Below, piece after piece: positions 25,401-37,400 of a stretch of 64,000 nucleotides of DNA. The DNA is from Chrysomallon squamiferum. Lineage: Eukaryota > Animalia > Mollusca. The translations under genes and the position numbers were made by a program. Numbering within the stretch: the stretch's first letter is position 1; each line of letters opens with the position of its first letter. The notes beneath the pieces were generated by a model. The model made no database searches, had not been told where the DNA came from, and saw only the letters and a program-made list of their open reading frames with translations. The stretch lies in contig CM022672.1 of assembly GCA_012295275.1 (NCBI GenBank), positions 15,190,001-15,254,000 of the forward strand, in the 5' to 3' direction.

Positions 25401-28400
25401 ATCTTCTTCACAACAAAATACTAATCATACTAATAATAAGAAGACCTGCAGATAAAGAATTCAGCTAATTTAATCAATTATTAAACTAGTCTAAAAAGAA
25501 AAAAGTAAAATAAAACTAAATTAATATTAAAGCAATTAACACAAATATAAACTGGAAAAATATCTTATTATTATTCATGTTCAATCACCAAACTGTGCTG
25601 GCAAACACATGCACATGTATCCACTCCTACACACACACGCATATTTATTCATGTGCACAAACAAACGGTGCACATTCACTGTTTAATTTTTCTTTCTCTC
25701 TCTATTTTTATCCTTTTTACTCCTACACAAATGGCAGATAGCCAACAATGAAAGCACTGACCAGATCGGACAGCAAGGCTTTGAAATGCTGTACAGCTTC
25801 ATCTTTCTTGTGCTGTTCTCGTTCTTTATCTCGTTCGCGCAGTGAGTTTGACAGAGATCTCTGAACCTCCTTCTCTCGTTCTCTAATGCTGTGTTCTACT
25901 CGCTCCTGTTTTTCTTTTGTCTTGCGCTCTTCGTCGTCAGAATCCTGAGAATAAATTCAATGTATTAACAACAATTCTAGACCTTCACGACAGTACTTTC
26001 TTTAAAGATATTTAAACATTAACAGTCATTTGGCATCAAATTTCATAAACATTAATAGAGAAATTGTATGATAATACTGACCTCACTAGTGAAGAGGTTA
26101 GTGTATCTGCTCCCGCATACTTTTATATTGTATCTATTTAACATCTACCATTTTGTTATTCTGTTACAAAACTGTATTTTTCTTATTTGCACATTTTAGT
26201 GCAATTTTAATGGCTTTATAACATTCAGCGATCATTTGACTGACTGAAGATTTATATATAACTAGTCCAGTTTGAAAAGCATTAATGAGGTTTAATTTTT
26301 TGGGTTATAAAGTTAATTCATAAAGACAATTTTACCAGGGAAAGGTATTTGAAATAAAAGTAGATATCCAAGTAGCAAGACTGGACATGAATGGACAGGA
26401 TGTAATTACAGTGCTTTGAAAAAATGGTCACTGTATGTGTTATGTTATTTTTTATGTTTCAGAACTGAAACTTGATGGAAATAATCCCCTTTTGTTACCG
26501 TAAAAAAAAAACTAGTTATTTTTTTTGACAAGTGGTTTCTTTTATTTTGGGCTATATTTTTTTTTTATTATAGTACCCCATTTTATGAACATCTCCAACC
26601 CAAACCAAAATATGTATGTGTATATATATATTATTTAAACTGCTGGGATTCATCCCAGACATGTGTTTCTACAAAATAACAGAGAAATTAGTCTTTATTT
26701 ACATACTTCAAAAGATATATATTCTTTTCATTCATATTAAGCACCAAAAGAGAGTTGCATAAAGGTTATATCAAAAGAATATTAAATTTTTCCAAGATTT
26801 TTTCTCTCATTTTGTAGTGTTTGTTTTTAACTATATACATATTACAAATCTGGAATCTCAGACACAAATAGTTTTCAAGCAGCATCTTCCCAAAACTATT
26901 AGGATAGTTTGAGCAAAGATACATGATTAAAAAAAACCAAATGAAGTTTTTATAAACCATATTTCTACTTATTATGTCTATAGGGTGATGTTATACATTA
27001 TTATTATGTTTTATGTGTATATGCACTTTCTTTTGCAAAAAACCAGAAACTTTTATCTCAAAAAGAAAATTTATTTATGTTAGTGTGTCCCCTTAAAGTG
27101 ATTTTTTTTTTTTTTTTAACTTTCTCCCTTATTATACATTTTCTACTCTGCTTATAATTCAGTTAGTGTAAGTTTACTTCAGTTCACAAGAATAATAATT
27201 ATCAGTAATGGGCATTCAGGACATCCCTCAACCATATTAATTGACATTAAACTTCTTTAACACCTTCAATCTTTCCCTGCATCTGTTTTGACTTTCTGTT
27301 GTCAGTTATATCCATCTTGGTAGTAAAATGGTTAGTATCTTTTTCAGCCTTTATTAACCAATGTTAACAGTATATTTACATAAAAAGTATACTTTCATTT
27401 TATTAACTGATATTTAAATATATTTCATTCACATATCTAATTAACTAATGTTTAACGGTATATTTAAATATAGTGCATTCACATATCTAATTAACTAATG
27501 TTATAACAATATGTTTAAATGTAAAGTACACCTACATCTTCGATGTTTCTGACGTAATCTTTAAACCAGTCTTCCCGACGAGAACTGCTTTCAACAGCTT
27601 CGTATCGTGGGTCAGTGTTTATCTTCTTTTTTATTTCACTCCAGCGGGAATGTCGGTCAATCCCTTCAGTCTCCTTCAAGAGTTTGATAAAGTCGTTTTT
27701 CAGCTGAAAATACAAATGTACGGTTCTAGATTTCAGACAAAACAAACATTTACATTAAACATTGTTTTATTTCCTGAAAAAGAAAACTGTGTTTAGTTTG
27801 GAAAATTTACATATGTCTTTTAATATCTTATTATAATATTGGAGAACATACATAACACAAACACTTTAAAATAAAATAAAGTAATAAAACTGAAAGAAGG
27901 AATTCACGTTTATTGGTCCTAAACTGTACTGTAGTTTCATTTTCTTAAATTGATATAGTAACATTTATATTTAAATTACAAATTAAGTATTAATTTTTTT
28001 TTGTGATCTTGAAGTTTAAAAAGATAAAAATATATATATATATAAATATATATATAATATATATACATATAAATATATATATAATATATATACATATAAA
28101 TATATATATATATTCTTTAGGTAGTATTCATTAGAAAAATAAAAAGTGAGGAATTGTAGCTTATTAAATGAATAACAAGTCTCCAACTTAATAAAAAAAA
28201 AAAAAAAAAAAAAAGATACATAATATAATAGTTTATTGTGATGGTGACAGCCTATTTCTTTGTCAACATGCATCACTGAAACACAGTGATAATGTTACAT
28301 GAAATATAAACATTTTGCATTCCACTAACAGATAATACCAATTCATAACAATTTAACAGTTATCTAGTATGCATAAAATAGAAAAAAATAAAATGAGAAT

Positions 28401-31400
28401 AAATTGACAGATGTCTTGGATCTACCCATCACAGAACCTTTCCCATTCATAGCAGTGGAACAAAAATACAATCTGCTATTTAGTAATAATTTGGAACAAA
28501 AGTTACATTTATTTTGTTAAATACTATTGCCTAGAAAGATTCCCCATTTTTATATTATCCCCAAATAATTAGAACCAAAATAATTATCAATATTTACCAC
28601 CCAGGATCAAGATCATTTTTATTATTTTTTTTTAAAAATTGAATTAAATAAATTATTAAATAGTGTAATAAAATTGAAGGATTTTAGTTTAGCCTATAAA
28701 GTGAAGGACAAATAGCAAGTTTTCAACATAACAAGATTTTCCCCAACTGATTCTGAATGTATAATTATCTACAAATTATATTACAATAATACTGTGTGTA
28801 TAGTAAATTCCATACACATATTTGAGCAAATATCATTTTAAAATGCTGTACTATATTCTACACAAATCATCTGATTTTCAAAAGATAAGCAAACTTGACA
28901 ACCTGGACTTGAAATGTTATGATTTGTTTCATAAATATTCAGTTAACGAAAAATGCCACTTTCACTGCAAGTATCAAATTTCCTGGTCTTGCCAAGTCAG
29001 GATTACACATGGAACTGTCAAACAATTATAACCAAATTGTAAAGCCAACAACAAAATTTTGTTTAAAACAGATCACAGCAGTATAGTGAAATAAATGTCA
29101 GCTTGCATCCCCACATACAAAACAGTAATAAAAAAAAAAAAATTTTTTTTTGTTAAAATAATGAAAACCATGAACTTGATATTAAGCAGAATATTCCAAG
29201 AAAAATGTATGTAGTGTAGAGAAGAGCCAATTTATCAATTTACCAAATTTCAAAAGGAAAAAAAAAAGAAAAAGATAATAATAAAAACAAATATTATAAA
29301 ACCTATCGTGAACCAGGTCATTTTAGAAACAGATTTTGTCTAAAGATTTTTACAGTTGCAAAAATAAGATATACCATTGACAGACAAAATGCCATCAGAA
29401 CTCGTGTGTAAACTGAGGTAATTAAAACTATAAGTAATATGTTAATGACTATTAAAGGAGAAACCTACTACAGACAAACCATGAACTATTTTCACTAGTT
29501 AACAGTGTGGGATCTTTTACATGTATCTTCTTGCACACATGAAAGCCTACATATCAAATATTAACAATCGCTATAATGGGAAAACAGCCCATAATGCCAA
29601 CAAACTGCAGCTAACTCTTAGTAAGTTGTTGATATAAAAACCACTGTGTTGTAGAAGAAACAACAGGACGTATTTTTTCATTTGCGGGAAGCTGATTTCA
29701 CAAAGATACTATGTTCAGTTCAGCAGTAAGTGTAGTACAAGCTGGGACCTTTTTGTTTTTATGATTCCATTCATGTCCTGCAATAGGCAACACTCGGATA
29801 CAAATACCGAATATATTTGTTATTAGTTAATGACCAAGGAAAAACAACACCATACACCAAATTAACATTTATACAAATAGCATTACATAACTGTTTATAT
29901 ATGGGTTTTTTTCCTTCTTATTTTTGGATGCATAAAATACAGACATACCCATATTACTGACTCAATGTTTATTTGAATTTAAAGAATGTTTTTTTTTTTT
30001 TTTTTATGAGATGTTTCCGAGTGTCACATACTACATACAGTTGAAGAATGCTTAACTTCTGATCATCAGAGTACCATACTTCATATCAGATGCCCACTTT
30101 ATAAAAACATGTTTATGATGACACAAATACAGTCAATTAAATAACAGAATCCCCGGCAGCTGCCATTTCTTCAGACTTGTATATTTTAAATATTTATATA
30201 TCTTAATGTATTTTTAAAAATAACATTTGTTAAGTAGTGGTCAAAACAATAAATGAAAAATTAGAAACTTTAATTCCATTTTGTTCTTTTTAAAATAACA
30301 ACAAATAAAATAAAAAAATAAAATAAAATAAAATAAAATAAAATAAAATAAAATAAATAGTAACTAGTAGCTAACAGAAAAGCATTACAAATTAATAATA
30401 TATGATTAATGGCAGATTTTTAAATATATGAATACTGGTTTAAAATCATATTTTAATATCAATACTTGTCTGAGGTCAGCCATAAATGCTCTTCTTTTTG
30501 ATGATGTGAAATGGGAATCCAGTTGCAATCTTTCAACAGGCTACTGAATAGCAGCATGAAATCTCGCAGCCAGCAAAGCACATTCTGAGTCCTTTAAGAG
30601 GAACATTAAGTAAATTTTGTTTTGTTTGCTTGTTGCTTTGTTTCTTGAATCTATTTCAAATGCTTTGGGTACACATATTCATTTCCACATTTTGAAAAAT
30701 AATGGTCAATCCACATTCAGTTGACTTGAGTATAATAGCTAATTTCCAAAACAGCTATTAGAAATTATCTTCTTATGAATTCCTTCAATATCTAAGCAAA
30801 GTAATATATGTAGAAAAAATAATAACTTTATATTTGCAGTTTTTCTCGAGTTTTGCATCCAAAATACTGTATTTAATTTGATAAAAACAAGTCTGAAAAA
30901 ATGGCAAATTTTACATCTGGCATAGTTTCTAATTGTGAGCTGTTCATTCTACAACTATTTTCAAAATCTTTTTGCAGTTATGCAAAACATAAGTTCAGTG
31001 ACAAATTAGAAAGCAATAAAGCAAACAACTTATTAATTTTTTTCTTTATAAATTGATTCATAAATTAAATAATTTAAAATAATAATTTTAAACCTAAAAT
31101 TTTAAATCACAATGTCAGAATTGTTTTAGCAACTGCCAAAATTTACATCAACAAGGTAGCATCTATTTCCATATACATTTACTGCAGCATTATTCATTTT
31201 TTTTAAACAATATCTGTTTTTAACGTAATAAAAGACAATTAAATAAAAATATATAAAATAAATGAAAACTTTTTCTTTCGGTTTTATGAATACATTTCAA
31301 AATAAAATTAATGCGACATTGTCGACAGATGAAAAATGAAGTTAAGAATGCACAGCCCACTGTTAAAATTAGGGCAGCATTTGTTTATCTGCTGCGCCTA

Positions 31401-34400
31401 TCTTCCTGAATTATCATTCAGTAATATGAAGAATACATAGATACCAGGCTTTGCTCAAAATATGTGCTAGCCTCGAGCTTTCGGACGAAATGTCGACATA
31501 TCCCATAATGCAATGAGTGTCGGGAGAAGGTCATCATGGACCAGGACCCTATTCGACTGCTCTGCTCTCGTCTTTCAATGGGACAAATTCAGAATAAATA
31601 ATTAAATACAAACACAATTCGTTAAGAAAAAACAGGAGAAAAAATAAATTTACTTTTAGAAATAATTTAAATTTCACTTGAGAAATATTTAATTTAAATG
31701 TTAGTTATTATTTAGTATGAAAATCTGTAAAACTTATTGCAAATTGTAAAATTAATGAAAAATATAGATTTATATATAAATCACTTAAAAATGTAAGAAA
31801 CAAAGTATTTTAATAATATTAACATTTAAGAAATATAATAAACAAAATTAAATTTAATAAAATATTTGTTTGATGTAAAGATTGTCCCAGTATATATAAT
31901 TCTACATGTACATTATAAATAAAACTGTATGCTGAAGTTGAAACAACCTGCAACTTTAATTACAATATGGTTACAAAAATGAATATAAAACCAGTGAATT
32001 AGGATTATCTAAAGCTAATCCATATACATACTATAATGAGTGATTTAAGGAAATACTGAATAATTCTTATAATCTTATTTATTAATTATTATTTTGATAA
32101 TTACCTGAAATAAAAACAAAGTTAAATTTTTTGTACACTCTGGTGTTGTAAAGAGCCAAAAACGTGGTTCAAAAACTAAGTTTTATTTCTTTTATCTTCA
32201 GCTGCATTCTAAGGCATTTAATTTCACTGACTACAGTGGATATAAATTGCTTTCTTTTATATTTACAATTTGATAAAATGTTTCAAATGTTAAAACATTT
32301 TCAGTTTCCATTCCCAACATTTACATGAACAAGACCATCATTATTTTTTACCCTTCAATTTTATAGCTTTTAAACACATCAGATTTTTTTTGTCTATTTA
32401 ATTATTTTAAAATAACTGTCTTAATATCAATCAGTGGGAACAAATTAAAATATTTTTAATCACCACCAGATTGTACAACCTGAAATAAAACATCTGATTA
32501 AACATGTTATTATCAAAAACAAAGTGCAATAAATACATCTTTATATAATTTATGTATGTACATATATTAGATTTTATACAACATGTTGCAGATTATCACT
32601 CATTCACTAAAGCCTAACAACATAAACATCTACATTTATTATACATTTAATGTTCATATTGCCACTTACACAGTACTGAAGTAAAATAAACCAGATGATT
32701 AATGAATTCTTCTACAAGAGGACAAATGAATTTTACTCTTGTTTAAAAAGATGCTCGTTTTATTCAGGGAATAAAGCCCATTTTGTCAAGAAATGAATGT
32801 CAGAACATAAGACACACAATATTTTCAGAAATAATAATATAAAATCGTTTAATAAATGCAGTTATCATTTAAATAAAACACAAATTAATTAAAAAGATAT
32901 AACTTGCTGAAAAAAAAAATTATATACATAGATACACTGGTGCAAATAGCAACACATAATAAGGTGTTGAAGTTTATTTAAACTGAAACAGATTTCAGTT
33001 ACTTATCTGAAAAACACATTTATACATGGTAAAATAACAAGTAAATTAAACTGAGCTGTATATATATGTTCTAAAATAATTTTTAAAAAGTAGTAGCTGG
33101 AAATAACACATATTTACTTGTTCAATTTAAAAAAATATATCTGTGAACTTGTTTTGATTCTATCCAAACTTATTTATGATTTATAATTTCTAGATTATTA
33201 TGGCAATTAACATGGGTAAAATAGAAATTTAGAAAAAAAATGATTGTTAATGGTCAATCATTTATTTTTTATAGTTAATTATTATCTACCATTCTATTAA
33301 ATCATTCATTAAATATTTTTGCTGAAACAAAAAATAGATATAAAATCAAATTTAGAGAATTATTTTACACCAGATCTAATATTAAGTACCACAAATCCCT
33401 CCATATATCCAAGAATAATAAATGCACTAAAAAAGTATAAAAGGGTAAACAAAAATATTAAAAACGTTACTTTTGTAGTAAACCATAAAAGTATTGTAAT
33501 ACAGTATTCAAATATGCTTGTTTTGACTGGATAAATTTAAAATATATTTACGTCTTATTTGTTGTAAATGTGACAGAAGTAGAAAGGGAACTGACTGAAG
33601 TAATTTCAAATAAATATTTACTTCTCAGTGGAGAGTTTCAGAATGAATGTTGTTTTTCAGAAAATTAATTAGTTAATTTAAAAGAACCCAACCACATTAC
33701 TTTATATTTTTTATGTTTTCTAGGAAGGATCTGTGGTACGAGAATAATAATTTTTAAAAATCTTGTATATTGTTTCCATCCAGTTACCATGGACTTGGAC
33801 TCTTTCCAACATACCTTTTCCTTTTGGTATGACTTTTCCTCTTTTTCTTTGCGACGCAGTTCGGAGCAGTAATCCATGAAGAGAGCTTCCCGGTCTCGCA
33901 TTTTCTCAATACCCTTCATCCTTTCATCCTTGGCGTAGCGGGCAGCAAAGTCGCTGAAGGATGACCTGCAGGAATTAAGAAATAAATAAGACACGATAGA
34001 AGAATGAATTAAGAAGAAAATGAAAAAATACTAAAAACAAAATGAATGAAAAAAGACAAGGAAGGAAGGAATTAAGATGCAAATGAAAAGGATATAAAAG
34101 ATAAGTGAATAAAAAAGAAATGAAAAGGGCATAAAGTAAGAATATAAAAATACAATGTCAAATCCCATGTTTTCAATGTTTGTCTTAGGAGATTTGACTT
34201 TAGTTATTTTTTAGCAAAGTATGTTGATGTGAGTGCCAATAATAAATGAATCTAGGTCACTACCCCAAAATTAACTATGAAAGTAATTAAGTGTCAATCC
34301 TATGCTTCTTTGTAAAATGATACAAAGGAGAAAATATATTTACTTCATCACATATTGAACACATTTTTAGTCTATGGTAATACAGTCGTGTTTCACATAC

Positions 34401-37400
34401 AAGAGAATAAACTAGCTGACATAATGTAGTAAGTCATTCTTTTACAATTAACAACAAATTATCTTTTATTTCATTTTTCTGTAGTCATTTGATGAAATCA
34501 CAGGTTTTAACAGTTAACTAATAATGTGCCACTAGCAAGAAGAAAAAAGGACAGCCCATCATAACATTAAGGAGACAGATACCACAACCTTTAAGATGAC
34601 TGGTCAATCATAAAACCACTAAAGCACAGCAATGAAAGTTCAGTTATAAACATGACTTACTTTCCATGCAGCTTTGCTTCTTCCAGAAGCTGACGGAAAG
34701 CCTCTTTCTTCTCCCGAAGCTTGATGTTTCTCCCTTCTCTCTTCTTCTGCTCTCTCCTTCACATACTGCTCAAAGATCTGTTTTCTTTCCCGGGATGTCA
34801 ACAGCAGGTAGCGAGGATCAAACACAATCTTATGTAGCTCCTTCTCCCAGGTGGAAAATGCGGACACCTGGAAACAGTTCAATAAACTTCCAATAAAAAT
34901 TATTAAAATAATACACCCCTTCAATTGATTTCTTAAATACAAAATCATCAGAGATAATTATGCTAAGGAAATAAAAAAACACAAGCTCCCCCAACATTTA
35001 AATAAAATTTAATAAAAAAATAAAGAATAAAAATAAAAATGGTCTCTTCCCAGTATTTTTCATAAATCCATACACCATCCAATTTACAATTTTGTACCAA
35101 AAAATAATACTATCCTCAAATGCTTATATCATGTCAAATCTTCTTCCAATTTTTTTTAAACACTGATATACACATCCTTGTATGCATTATAAAGATCTTG
35201 TACTTTCTCAGATCACACTTTATTTAGACCTTTATGTGACACGATTAAAAAGTATTTAAAAAAAATAGTCCTATAATCTATAATCCCACCTCCTTCTCTG
35301 CCAACATGTCTCTGAACTGCTTCATTCTGATCTCCAGCGGCACAACGGCTCGCTGGCGTGCTGCCTGCACCTCGGCTTCAATGGCAGCCTCCTTACCAAC
35401 GTCAATCTTCTTTGGAGTTTCTTTCTTTTCCACTTCTTTTGTCTCTTCAATTCTGGAATGAAATAAATATGGCAAAACAAAATAAGTATGCATTTAAAAC
35501 AACAACAACAAAAAACCCTCAAACAAACAATCCAAGAAAAATAAAAAATAAATTAAACTATTACGAAATAACAGTTTTCTACACTAAACTTCTGATAGAA
35601 ACTGACATATAATAACTACAATAAAACAAGCAATGCAAGATGACACTCATAAGTTTCTAATACAATAAGTATTCTAGACAAATATTGAAAATGTGAATAT
35701 TATTATATGTATGTACTTTCACAAACCATACAGATTACAAACAGTGATAGTCAGTATTTCCAATAAAGCAAGTAATATTTTTATATATATAAACATACTG
35801 AATTCATCTAACAAAAGAAAATTATTTAATAATAAGATAGAACGAAAATAACTCAAAATTATTTGAAAAAAACTTTAGGTTGTAATTAGATACCTGTCAA
35901 AACTTAATTTTTTTTTTCTATTTTTGTAATCATCTGTCTTTATGATGTTTATGAAATAATTAGATCTCATAAATATTATGAAGTGAAACAGATTTTAATC
36001 TCACTTCTTTTTCTTGGCTGCAGGTTCATCTTCTGGGGCCTTTTCTGCAGTTGTCTTCTCCGCTAAAACATCGAAAAATATTTATTAAACAATTTTAAAA
36101 AATAAAATAAATAAAGAAAGAAAGAAAAGAAATCTCTTCATATTCACTGTCATCAGTAACTTTACAACAGTCAACAAATGACCCATGTTCTGTATTGATC
36201 AGCAGTGGAATCAAATACCAATATGCCATGATTTTAAACACAACAGTTTAATTATTAAGCCAGTAAAGAATGGGATGCAGACATTTAATTTAAAATGCAT
36301 ACACACAGAAAATAATTCAGCCCACTCTCCAAATCTAACCAGCTTAAGAAGGCATTAATAAAAACTTCACATGTATTTTTATGGATCCCCTCCCCAACAC
36401 TGAAATAACAGTTTATTTTCTTGTTATATTTATATTTTCTTATTTTGAAAGCCTCTATAAAAGAACTGTGTTTAACAAAGTTGTTATTATAAATAAAGCA
36501 TTTTAAAACCTGGTTTGGCATCTGGTCTGTTTGCTATCAGTTTTTCAACATCAGGTCTGGACTGCAGTTCTTCAGGTTTCTCCCACACAGACATTCGCTG
36601 ACTAGGATTGTAGAAGAAACATCTTCCATCTCCAGTCCAAACAACGCACCTGAAGTAGTAATTATTACCATTTTATATCACATATACACATTAACACACA
36701 CACAAAATTAAATGTATAAAGAATACTGTAAAATAAGCAAAATTATAAACAATATACTGCCCCTCCAAAAAAAAATGTTTTTAAAAAAACCTACAATTTT
36801 ATTTTCAATTTTCCTTCTGATAAAATAACCAAACAATTCTGTACAGTGAATAAAAACATATATTTACCATGGTGTGCCTGCTACTGGGGTACTGGACACT
36901 GGTCTCTGCTTATCTGCAGCTTTTTGTTCTTCTGTTTTTGTTTCCTCCTCTTTTATTTCCTGAAGTACACGAAAGATTGGAGGGAAACAATTGCATGAAC
37001 AAATGGATAAATCAATGCATAAATGACTAGAGGAATAAATAAAAGGAATACAATAATAATTATGTGCTGCAAAGAAAAACACACAGGACGCACTTTGATT
37101 TTAAAAAAAAAATGAAAAGAAACAAAAATGTTTTAGAGCACTGGCAGAACAGATAATAAATAGGCAAATGTACTTATTTAATTTGCCAGACCAAGCAACT
37201 GCCTAACAGTACCCGAGTTAGTAAAGAATAAGACCCTGCCTGATTAGATATTGAAGCAAGCTTAAACCATATGTAAAAAGAACATCAAAATGTACTTATG
37301 ATATTTCATTATAAAATTTTAAAAGCAACAATACTCACCAGAAATAACTGCTGACATAACTAACTTAAATTCAAAAGGCATCAGTAATATGTAATTAATT

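Noticed and set aside
30010-30075. Hammerhead ribozyme core (CTGATGA...GAAA on the - strand)
   Set aside because: No stem II closing pair and no convincing stems I/III.
31418-31537. C/D box snoRNA (ATGATGA ... CTGA on the - strand) in TCERG1 intron 14
   Set aside because: No terminal stem, and no recognisable C'/D' boxes or rRNA guide; an Rfam scan would settle it.
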